Shown piece after piece: positions 49,188 to 58,808 of a DNA stretch of 64,000 nt; the stretch's first letter is position 1, and the number at the start of each line of letters is the position of its first letter. The stretch is from Myxococcales bacterium (GTDB taxonomy: Bacteria; Myxococcota_A; Polyangia; Polyangiales; Ga0077539), in contig JAEUKI010000004.1 in assembly GCA_016793325.1 (NCBI GenBank), positions 18,886-82,885 on the forward strand, written 5' to 3'. Made by a program: the position numbers and the translations under genes. The notes beneath the pieces are model-generated. The model saw nothing but the letters and a program-made list of their open reading frames with translations. It ran no database searches and was not told the origin of the DNA.

Positions 49188-49354
49188 CCAAGCGATTCAT
49201 CTCAATGCCCAAGCGATTCATCTCAATGCCCAAGTGATTCATCCCAGCACCCAAGCGGTTCATCCCAGCACCCAAGCGGTTCATCCCAGCGCCCAAGCGA
49301 TTCATCCCAGCACCCAAGCGGTTCAGCCCAGCGCCCAAGTGATTCATCTCAGCG
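49187..49354 (+). repeat. 8 x 21-bp tandem repeat derived from a family C half-palindrome
   Basis: CCCAAG(C/T)G(A/G)TTCA(T/G)C(T/C)CA... x8, no spacers. Confidence 0.9.
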
Positions 49355-49486
49355 CCTGACACCAGCCCGCGGCGCTGCGCGAGCCAGCGCGCCCCCTTCA
49401 ACGTTTGCCAGCGGAACTCTCGCTCGGCTCGCGAAGACGCCCCTTGTCCTGCGCCCGTGCGCGCGAGAGAACGCGGGTCGCGATCG

Positions 49487-50506
49487 ATGGCTCTCTCTCG
49501 TCGGGCGGTCCCCAAGCAACCCCCCGCGCTCTCTCCCGCTGCTTCGAACACCAAGCTCGCGTCCGCGTCCCTGACGAGCGCTCGCGCGTGCGTCGTCGCG
49601 TTGGCCGCGATCGTCGCGTCGTGCGATCGCACGAACACGACCCACACAATCAACGCGCGCAGCACCGCGGCGCCGTGTCCGGGCTCGATCGCGGCGGTGC
49701 TCCCGGCAGACGCGCGCGATCGGCTCGTGCTGCGCGTGCAGCGGATCTTCGGGCACCCGCGGATGGCGGCGCTCGTTCGCGCGTACGTCGACGACGCGGG
49801 CGAGCGGGCGATGATGCTCCGGGCCGAGCGCTACGGGTACGACGCGCGCGCGCTCGATCGCGCGGCGATCGCGTGGACTGTTCGCGGAAGCACGCTTTAT
49901 GTCGGCGCGGGAGCGTTCGACGGGCGCGCGATCGCAGAGCGCTTGTACGACAGGCTCATCGGTCCGCGGCAGCGCACGTCGGACCCCACGCGGGACGTTC
50001 GCGTGACGGGCGAGCTCGGCGCGGGTCCGGTCGCGCTCTTGGTGCGGCCCGCGTGCGGCGTCGTCGCGTACGTCGAAGGCCGCGAGGGCGCGCTCGTCGA
50101 TCGCGTGCGTTCTCGCGCGGCGACCGTGGGCGCGAGCGCGAGTGATCCGGAGCCCGCGGTGTGGTGGAGGACCGTGCGGACGATCGACGAGGGAGTCGTT
50201 CCGCAAGGGGCTGCGTTGATGCGGCACGTGCGGGCGATCGAAGTGCGCGCCGAGCCACGAGAGCGAGGGCTCGAAGTCGAGTTGTGGCTCGAGGGAACGC
50301 TGCCCGACGACGCCGAAGTAACACTGCGGCGCGTGGCGCGAGAGCTGTCCGAGACGCCGCTCGGCGAGCTCTCGGGGGCGATCCAATGGAGCGGCCCGAC
50401 GAGGCTCGAGATCCAGCGCGAGCAGGGGCAAGGGGCGCGGATGAAGACGGTGATCCCGTGGGGCGCGCTCGAGGCGCTGGCGAGCGCGCTCGCGGGCCGC
50501 GTGTAG
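49487..50506 (+). CDS. hypothetical lipoprotein
   Basis: VVALAAIVASC lipobox-like; coherent ORF. Confidence 0.6.
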   Translation: MALSRRAVPKQPPALSPAASNTKLASASLTSARACVVALAAIVASCDRTNTTHTINARSTAAPCPGSIAAVLPADARDRLVLRVQRIFGHPRMAALVRAYVDDAGERAMMLRAERYGYDARALDRAAIAWTVRGSTLYVGAGAFDGRAIAERLYDRLIGPRQRTSDPTRDVRVTGELGAGPVALLVRPACGVVAYVEGREGALVDRVRSRAATVGASASDPEPAVWWRTVRTIDEGVVPQGAALMRHVRAIEVRAEPRERGLEVELWLEGTLPDDAEVTLRRVARELSETPLGELSGAIQWSGPTRLEIQREQGQGARMKTVIPWGALEALASALAGRV

Positions 50507-50879
50507 CGCAGCGTGACCTCATGGTCGAACGCGAATTATCAGTGAAAACAGCGACGACATACATGTGCGGCGGACGAGGGTTTTGACGCGGCGGGCACCG
50601 CGTGATATTCCGTAGCCTTGCTGTGGCGAGCTACGTTGCGCGTTTGCCGCGAGCGGAACGAACCGCACCTGACACGATTTCGTGTCGTGCGTTGGTTTCG
50701 GTCGATGAACGCGGAGAGCGCCGCGACGCAGCCGCATGGCTGCTCATGGAGTATTGGGCGTGGCCCAGGAGAGACTCACTGACGGTCGTATTGTCCGAGT
50801 GAATCTTCGGGCTGATTGTGAAGGATTCGGTCTCGGTGCTCGTCTTGCACGCGCATCGATCATCGGAGGTGATCGCGAG

Positions 50880-51404
50880 ATGGAAGCGAACTCGTTCAAG
50901 GTCGGCGACAAAGCAGTGCACCCCGCGCATGGCGTCGGGGAGGTCACCGGCATCGAGGCCCGCGAAATTGCAGGATCGAAGGCGCAATTTTACGTGCTCA
51001 AGATCCTCGAGACGGGAATGAAGGTGATGGTGCCGGTCAACGCGCCGGAGTCCGTCGGTCTGCGGGCGATCATGTCCAAGCGCGAAGCCGAAAAAGTGAT
51101 GGACGTCTTTCGTGTCCTCGAGCGCTCGGTCGGCAACGGCCCGTGGAACCGGCGTCAGCGCGCCTACAACGAGATGATCAAGTCGGGCTCGCCCTACGAG
51201 GTGGCCAAGGTCCTGCGCGACCTGTACGCGATCAAGTTCAAGAACGAGAAGGATCTCTCGTACGGCGAGCGCAGGCTCATGGAGCAAGCGCGCGGGCTGC
51301 TCTTCAAAGAGATCGCCCTCGCGAAGAAGGTCACCGAGACCGCGATCGAAGAGGAGATCGCGACGATCTTCTCGCCGGCTCAAGCGGCTCCCGCCGCGAA
51401 CTGA
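50880..51404 (+). CDS. cdnL: CarD/CdnL family RNA polymerase-binding regulator
   Basis: FKVGDKAVHPAHGVG, SVGLR, WNRRQR, LSYGERRL; no AT-hook tail, so CdnL rather than CarD. Confidence 0.9.
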   Translation: MEANSFKVGDKAVHPAHGVGEVTGIEAREIAGSKAQFYVLKILETGMKVMVPVNAPESVGLRAIMSKREAEKVMDVFRVLERSVGNGPWNRRQRAYNEMIKSGSPYEVAKVLRDLYAIKFKNEKDLSYGERRLMEQARGLLFKEIALAKKVTETAIEEEIATIFSPAQAAPAAN

Positions 51405-51447
51405 GAGACTCCGCGACGGGCGCGGGGCAAAACGCGGGAGATCTACC

Positions 51448-51504
51448 GGGGGCGGGGACAAAAATAGGGGGCGGGGACAAAAAATAGGGGGCGGCGAAAA
51501 AAAT
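51448..51504 (+). promoter_or_regulatory. three ~19-20-bp direct repeats upstream of the translocon-like operon
   Basis: GGGGGCGGGGACAAAAATA, GGGGGCGGGGACAAAAAATA, GGGGGCGGCGAAAAAAAT. Confidence 0.45.
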
Positions 51505-51609
51505 CTTCGCGTGCTCGCAACGCCTGGGGGGCGACCCGGATAGGGGCCCGCGCCGCGACGAAGGGCCACTCCCGGCCCGACGGCGAGCGCGAAGGAACGG
51601 GCTACGAAC

Positions 51610-51822
51610 GTGAAGGACGGCAAGGAGTGGGCGCGCGAAGTCGAGCGCGCCGTGCTGGCAGCAGAGCGCGAGATCGCCGAGCAGAACGCGGCGTTCGCGC
51701 AGGACCTCGCTGAGTGGGGGACCGACGAGATGGCCGCGCAGTTCGCCGCAGTGGCGAAGGCGTCGCCGGGCAGCGAGCGAAAGCGCGAGGCGCTCCCGAG
51801 GGGCGCGTTTTTGCGCGGTTGA
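51610..51822 (+). CDS. small helical protein leading the translocon-like cluster
   Basis: 70-aa acidic helical ORF, GTG start, ends GAFLRG. Confidence 0.55.
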   Translation: MKDGKEWAREVERAVLAAEREIAEQNAAFAQDLAEWGTDEMAAQFAAVAKASPGSERKREALPRGAFLRG

Positions 51823-51910
51823 TTGTGTGTGTCGCGAGCGAGCGCACGGTGCGCCCGCCGCGTGTGAGTGCGAAAGAGACAACAAGCAAAAGAGAAAGTG
51901 AGAGTGGGTC

Positions 51911-52582
51911 ATGGGAAGTTCATCAGCACCGCCAGTGGGAATGCGGCCAGCTCCGCCGAGTGCGTCGACGCCTGGCGGGGTGACTCCGCCGGTACAAAAT
52001 CGGGGAGCTCGCGAACTAGAGCTGCACAACGAGTGGACGCGAGAGATGGAGCGCGCCGTCGGCGGAGCGCAAGACATGCTCGCGCGGGGCATGGAGAACC
52101 TCGGCGACGACGAGCTGATGATGCTCGTCGGGCAGTACACACGGCAGATCGACATCGACATCCGACAGCACATGATCGGCATGCGGACGCGTGCGAACCA
52201 ATCGCGCAACTACAACGCGGCGATGCAAGAAGTGCTCAGGCAGGTGGGGATAGCCACGGACCGAAACAACACCCCGCTCAACCAGGATGCGGACGTGCGA
52301 GTCATCAACGAGCGAGGTGAAGAGGTCACAATGAAGCTCGGTGCGTTGCTTCGTTCGGTCGGCGTCACGCTGCCGGTGGACACGAAATTGACTGGCGAAG
52401 TGGTCGAGGTGATCAAGTCGGCGATCAACAAGGAAGTCGAGGCCATCCGCGCGCAGAGCGAGCAAGGACAGCTCGAGCTTCAGCAGATCATGTCGCGGCG
52501 CAGTCAGATGCTGCAGATCACGTCGAACATCTTCGCGTCGCGCAACGAGAGCCGAAAGTCGATCGCGCAAAACATCCGCTGA
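51911..52582 (+). CDS. Bsp22/EspA-like T3SS tip or filament protein
   Basis: Disordered N-terminus; helix ELMMLVGQ...QIDIDIRQHM; C-terminal QLELQQIMSRRSQMLQITSNIFASRNESRKSIAQNIR; next to a SycD-like gene. Confidence 0.7.
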   Translation: MGSSSAPPVGMRPAPPSASTPGGVTPPVQNRGARELELHNEWTREMERAVGGAQDMLARGMENLGDDELMMLVGQYTRQIDIDIRQHMIGMRTRANQSRNYNAAMQEVLRQVGIATDRNNTPLNQDADVRVINERGEEVTMKLGALLRSVGVTLPVDTKLTGEVVEVIKSAINKEVEAIRAQSEQGQLELQQIMSRRSQMLQITSNIFASRNESRKSIAQNIR

Positions 52583-52655
52583 TCGCGGCGTCGGGGGGTC
52601 ACTGAGTCGAGTCGAGCGTCGCGCTGTCGTGCGCGGCCCACAGGAGAGGTGCGTC

Positions 52656-53114
52656 ATGGAGAAGACACAGAAGCCAGGATTGAAGCAGGCGGTCGAGGCG
52701 CTGATCGACGGATCGGCGTGCCCTGCGGATGCGCTGGGAATTCCCAAGCGAATCGTCGATGGAATGTACACGCTCGCGACCGACGCGCTCGGCCGCGGTC
52801 GGACCAAGGACGCCGCGGCGCTGTTTCAGCGTTGCTTGCAGCTCGACCCTCGACGGACCGAGTTTTGGCTCGGCTTCGCAGCGGCGAAGCAAGCCGAGGG
52901 TGAGCTCGAAGAGGCGGGCGAGATCTTTCAGCTCGCGGCGATGTTCGGGACGGACTCGAGCGCGATGGCCTACGCGGCCGCTTGCTTCGCGGAGGCAGGC
53001 AAACACGAGCGTGCGCTGATTCTCGCGGAGCACGTTCGTTCGACGATGACGGATACGAGCGCCCTCGAGCCCTGGCTCGCGGTCGCCGAGAGCTCGGTTG
53101 GAGGTGCGCGATGA
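52656..53114 (+). CDS. SycD/LcrH family TPR translocator chaperone
   Basis: 152 aa, three TPRs: MYTLATDALGRGRTKDAAALFQRCLQLDP...FWLGFAA...YAAACF; GGAG RBS; ATGA overlap with the next gene. Confidence 0.8.
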   Translation: MEKTQKPGLKQAVEALIDGSACPADALGIPKRIVDGMYTLATDALGRGRTKDAAALFQRCLQLDPRRTEFWLGFAAAKQAEGELEEAGEIFQLAAMFGTDSSAMAYAAACFAEAGKHERALILAEHVRSTMTDTSALEPWLAVAESSVGGAR

Positions 53115-54259
53115 GCATGGATGTCTCTCTCTCTCGACGCGTCGATCGCGTCGAAATGGGCACGGTTGGATCTGCGGGATCGACGAGCGCGAGCGCTCCG
53201 ATGGTCGCGCTTCCGACGATCGAAGGCGCGGCGAGCGAGGCCGAAGTGCGAGCGGCGCTCGGCGAAGTGCGGGCGCGGTTGACGCCGATGGTCGAACAGC
53301 TCGCCGATCCAGAGACGGCGTTGATGACGGTCGCGAGCCTGCTCGAAAACTCGGGGATCGATGCCAATCGAGCGCAAGCTGACGGCGCGCGTTCGATTCG
53401 GCAGGCTCACATTCAGGCGCAAGCCGAGGCCGCGAAGAAGGCCTCTGAAAACGAGAAGACCGCTGCGTTCTGGGGTCTCCTTGGCAAGATCGCCGCGTAC
53501 GCAGCGGCGGCGATCGGCGTGGCGGTGAGCTTGGTTTCGTGTGTCGTCACGGGACCCACGGGCGTCGCTGGCGCTGTCGGGATCATCGCCGCGACGGCGG
53601 CGTGCTTGTCGCTCATCGGAACGGCCGTGGGCGACATCACCAAGGCGGTCGCTGCGAACGACCCAGAGTTTGCGAAGAACATGGGCGGATGGTTCTCGAT
53701 CGCGGTGAGCGCCCTGTCCGTGACGGCGGCGATCCTCGGCGTCGTGGCCAACCCGGCCAACATCGCGTCGGTGCTGAGCAACGTCGGTTCGATGGTCGGT
53801 CAGGCGGCGGGCGTGACCCAACAAGCGCTGCAGATCGCCAACGTCGAGCTTCCCCAGTGGGCTGGCGCGCTGATGACGGCGCTCGCGGTCGCCGGGAGCG
53901 TGGCAGGAACCGCGGGCGCGCAGCTCTCGACCGCGGGAGCGCGGGCGGGTCAAAGCGTGAGCCGCCTCGCGAACACCGTGCGAGCGGTGGGCGGGACGAT
54001 TCAGGCGGGCGCGCAGGTCGCGGGCGGCGTGAGCGACGGCGTGAGCTCGATCCACGGGTTCATGGCCACGAACGATCGGATCGACGCTCGGGTCCACGGG
54101 CAGGGAGCGCGCAAGGCGATGGAGGTTCTCGGCGAGCTGGCCGACGAGCTTCGCGAGCTCGCGAGCTCGATCAGCCGGCAGCGCGGTCGCGCGCTCGACC
54201 TCGGGCAGCAGCGCGCGGAGACGAATTCGAACTTGATCCGCAACATGGTGCGCGCCTGA
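53111..54259 (+). CDS. SctE-like (YopB/IpaB/SseC) major translocator
   Basis: Coiled coil ending AEAAKKASENEKTAAFWGLLGKIA, then long hydrophobic hairpin VAVSLVSCVVTGPTGVAGAVGII, second hydrophobic region, C-terminal coiled coil. Confidence 0.75.
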   Translation: MSMDVSLSRRVDRVEMGTVGSAGSTSASAPMVALPTIEGAASEAEVRAALGEVRARLTPMVEQLADPETALMTVASLLENSGIDANRAQADGARSIRQAHIQAQAEAAKKASENEKTAAFWGLLGKIAAYAAAAIGVAVSLVSCVVTGPTGVAGAVGIIAATAACLSLIGTAVGDITKAVAANDPEFAKNMGGWFSIAVSALSVTAAILGVVANPANIASVLSNVGSMVGQAAGVTQQALQIANVELPQWAGALMTALAVAGSVAGTAGAQLSTAGARAGQSVSRLANTVRAVGGTIQAGAQVAGGVSDGVSSIHGFMATNDRIDARVHGQGARKAMEVLGELADELRELASSISRQRGRALDLGQQRAETNSNLIRNMVRA

Positions 54260-54330
54260 GCCGATAGGGGGCGCCGCCAGGGACCGCTGTGGTCTGGGCC
54301 GTGGCACACGAATTCAAAAGGAGTTTCGCG

Positions 54331-55047
54331 ATGAGTTCAATCAACGGTGTGGGTTCGGGCGCGCGCCCGATGGTGTTCGATGATCCGATGATGGAGGCGC
54401 AGGCGTTGGCGATCGACGACGCCCGCGAAGAGCGGCGCACGGCGAAGACCGAGCGCGCGATGGCGCAGGGCGAGCGCGACGCGCACTTCGATCAATCGAT
54501 CAAAGAAGAGCGCGCAGCGGCCGTCGCGCGGTTGGCGAGCGGCTTGGTGAGCGCGGGGACGAAGCTCTTGCAAGGGGCGACGACGTTGGGCACGACGCTG
54601 GCGTCGCACGAGGCCAGCGAGGCCAAAGGGCAGGGCGAGCACCTGCGGGCCGAGCGCGGAGCGCGGGCTCCGGTGGACCCGCGGGACCGCCCGGCGGTCG
54701 AGCAGCGGGCGCGCGAAGACCAAGCGAGCACCGCGCGCGAACACCACTCGAGCACGTTGGCGGCCCGCAACGAGCGGGTCGCGGGCGAGCTTCGCGCGGC
54801 GGGCGAGATCGGCAGCGCGGCGGGCGGCGCGGTGACCGCCGGGCTCGACTACGTCGCGGACGCGCATCGCATCGCGGGAAAGCAAGCCGAGCGCGAAGCG
54901 GACCGCGCCAAGGAGCGCGCGGACGACGCGGGCGAGCGCGCTCGGAGCGCGGGCGAAGTCGGCGACCGAATGCTCGGACGGATGGAAGAGATCGCGCGCG
55001 CCCAGCGGCAGGCGGAGGACCAGCGGATCGCGAACATTCGCGGGTGA
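54331..55047 (+). CDS. SctB-like (YopD/SseD) minor translocator
   Basis: IKEERAAAVARLASGLVSAG, AAGGAVTAGLDY, coiled coil, ends IANIRG; canonical position after SctE; AGGAG RBS. Confidence 0.7.
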   Translation: MSSINGVGSGARPMVFDDPMMEAQALAIDDAREERRTAKTERAMAQGERDAHFDQSIKEERAAAVARLASGLVSAGTKLLQGATTLGTTLASHEASEAKGQGEHLRAERGARAPVDPRDRPAVEQRAREDQASTAREHHSSTLAARNERVAGELRAAGEIGSAAGGAVTAGLDYVADAHRIAGKQAEREADRAKERADDAGERARSAGEVGDRMLGRMEEIARAQRQAEDQRIANIRG

Positions 55048-55139
55048 TCGATTCGAGTGGATCGCGACGGCCCGCGGGCGCTGCACGACGAGCGCTCGCG
55101 GCCGTTGCGAAGAGTGGGACGGTGAGCGAAGGTCGCGCG

Positions 55140-55889
55140 GTGACGAGCGCACACGACGATCGGACCGAGGGCGAGGGAGAGAGCCGCGAGGACGCGAGCG
55201 GCGAGCGCGCGTCGGGGGACGCGTGGCTCGACGCTGTGAAGTTCGACGAGAAGGGGCTCGTGGTGGTCCTCGCGCTCGACGTGCTCACGGGGGAGCCGCG
55301 GATGGTCGCGTGGGCCAATCGCGAAGCGCTCGCGCGCACGGCGAGCACGGGGGAGGCGCATTTCTACTCGCGATCGCGCGGGGCGCTCTGGCGCAAGGGC
55401 GAGTCGAGCGGACACGTGTTGGCGGTGCGCTCGATGTATCTCGATTGCGACGGCGACGCGGTGCTCGTGATGGTCGAGCCCGCGGGGCCGAGCTGCCACA
55501 CGGGGGCGCCGAGCTGCTTCTTTCGCGTGCGGGACGGCGGCGCGTGGCGCGAGCGCGCGCGGCCGCTCGCGATGATGGAGCGCCTCGAAGCCGCGCTCGA
55601 AGCGAGGGCGAGCGGCGAGGGTGAGCGGTCGTACACGCGGTCGCTGTTGCTCGCAGGCGCGGCGAAGATCGGCGCGAAGCTCCGCGAAGAGGCCGGTGAG
55701 CTCGCGGCGGCGATCGAGTCCGAGAGCGACGAGCGCGTCGCGAGCGAGGCCGCGGACGTGATCTATCACTTGTGCGTGGGGCTCTTGTCGCGAAAGGTCT
55801 CGTGGCGCGCGGTGCTCGTCGAGCTCGCGCGTCGCTTCGGGACGAGCGGGATCGACGAGAAGCAGCGCCGATCGACCCCTGCGCGATGA
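55140..55889 (+). CDS. hisIE: bifunctional PR-AMP cyclohydrolase / PR-ATP pyrophosphatase
   Basis: FYSRSR...LWRKGESSG, DCDGDA, CHTG..SCF; SYT, KLREEAGEL, EAADVIYH. Confidence 0.95.
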   Translation: MTSAHDDRTEGEGESREDASGERASGDAWLDAVKFDEKGLVVVLALDVLTGEPRMVAWANREALARTASTGEAHFYSRSRGALWRKGESSGHVLAVRSMYLDCDGDAVLVMVEPAGPSCHTGAPSCFFRVRDGGAWRERARPLAMMERLEAALEARASGEGERSYTRSLLLAGAAKIGAKLREEAGELAAAIESESDERVASEAADVIYHLCVGLLSRKVSWRAVLVELARRFGTSGIDEKQRRSTPAR

Positions 55890-55975
55890 CGCGCTCGCCG
55901 GTACGGCAGAGCCTTTGTTGATTGTGTGTGTCGCTCCGCTCCCCGCTCAGCGATACGCTCCCCCCGAAGCGAAGT

Positions 55976-56806
55976 TCACATCATGGTTCCGCAGACGCCG
56001 ATGTTCATCGGCAGTCCGCCGACGCGCTGGCACATCATGCCTGCGGGGCACATGGCGAAGGTGCCCGTGGCCATGTTGGTCGGGTCGCACACGCGGCGGC
56101 AGGTGCTCATCATCATGGTGCCGACGCAGATGTGCCCCGAGGGGCAGTCGTTGCGGAACATGCACGACGCGCCTGGCATCGCGCCGGCTTCGGGCGTCAC
56201 GCACTGCGTGGTTCCGTCCATGCTGATCGGGTAGCAGTTGTCGCCGGCCGTCATGCAGTTCTGGCGGTGGACGTCGCAGTTGTCCGGGACGCTGCAGGCG
56301 AACAAGCCCGTGTTGGTCACGTTGATGTCGCACGTCGCGCCGGGGCGTCCACCAATGCTGGTGTCGCGGCAGCTGGTGTTGTCTCCCGAGCCGCAGCACC
56401 AGCGAGCGCACTTGCCGCCGATGCAGCCGAGGCCTTCGGCGCAGTCGTTGGCGCTCATGCACGCGCTGCCGAAGGCGACGCGGCCCGCGGCGACGCAGGT
56501 GGAGCGACGCGCCATGGCGTCCATGATCACGCACATTTGGCCGGCCATACAGCCGGTGTTTCGGACGGGATCACAGGGGGAGTACGCGCTCCCGCACGTT
56601 CCGCCGCCGCCGTCGCCCATGGGGACGCCGGAGTCGGCAGGAGGGTTGGATCCGTCCGTCGGGGGCACACCTGTATCGACTGGCGTCGCGCTATCCGAGG
56701 CGTCGTTGCGACGGACGTCCTGGGGATTGGGCATCTCGGGAGGGCTGCATGCGACGAGGGCGCACGCGATGGCGACCGATGAACAAGCGCGAAGCATGGT
56801 GGACAT
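55976..56806 (-). CDS. Cys-rich, Met-rich lipoprotein
   Basis: Lipobox LVAC; CDPV..TGC and GSAC..ANDC..GLGC repeats. Confidence 0.75.
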   Translation of the reverse strand: MSTMLRACSSVAIACALVACSPPEMPNPQDVRRNDASDSATPVDTGVPPTDGSNPPADSGVPMGDGGGGTCGSAYSPCDPVRNTGCMAGQMCVIMDAMARRSTCVAAGRVAFGSACMSANDCAEGLGCIGGKCARWCCGSGDNTSCRDTSIGGRPGATCDINVTNTGLFACSVPDNCDVHRQNCMTAGDNCYPISMDGTTQCVTPEAGAMPGASCMFRNDCPSGHICVGTMMMSTCRRVCDPTNMATGTFAMCPAGMMCQRVGGLPMNIGVCGTMM

Positions 56807-56896
56807 GGTGAAACGTATCTCCTTACGGGTTCGAGCGATCCGACGGACGTATCCGCCGAGCTCCCGATTCATCGTAGCGCAGATTCGCGCTGGCGC

Positions 56897-58717
<1,821 letters not shown>

Positions 58718-58808
58718 TCAATGTGACGCGCGACCTTCTTGCCCGCAGAGTATGCGCGACGTCACGGACGTTGGAGTTTTGTCGCGCGCGTGCGGCGCTG
58801 GTCGCGAG

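Noticed and set aside
49187-49354. CRISPR array
   Set aside because: 21-bp units abut with no unique spacers and no cas gene is in the window; it is a minisatellite.
54302-54316. sigma-54 promoter TGGCACACGAATTCA before the SctB-like gene
   Set aside because: The -12 position reads CA instead of GC, and it lies too close to the RBS.
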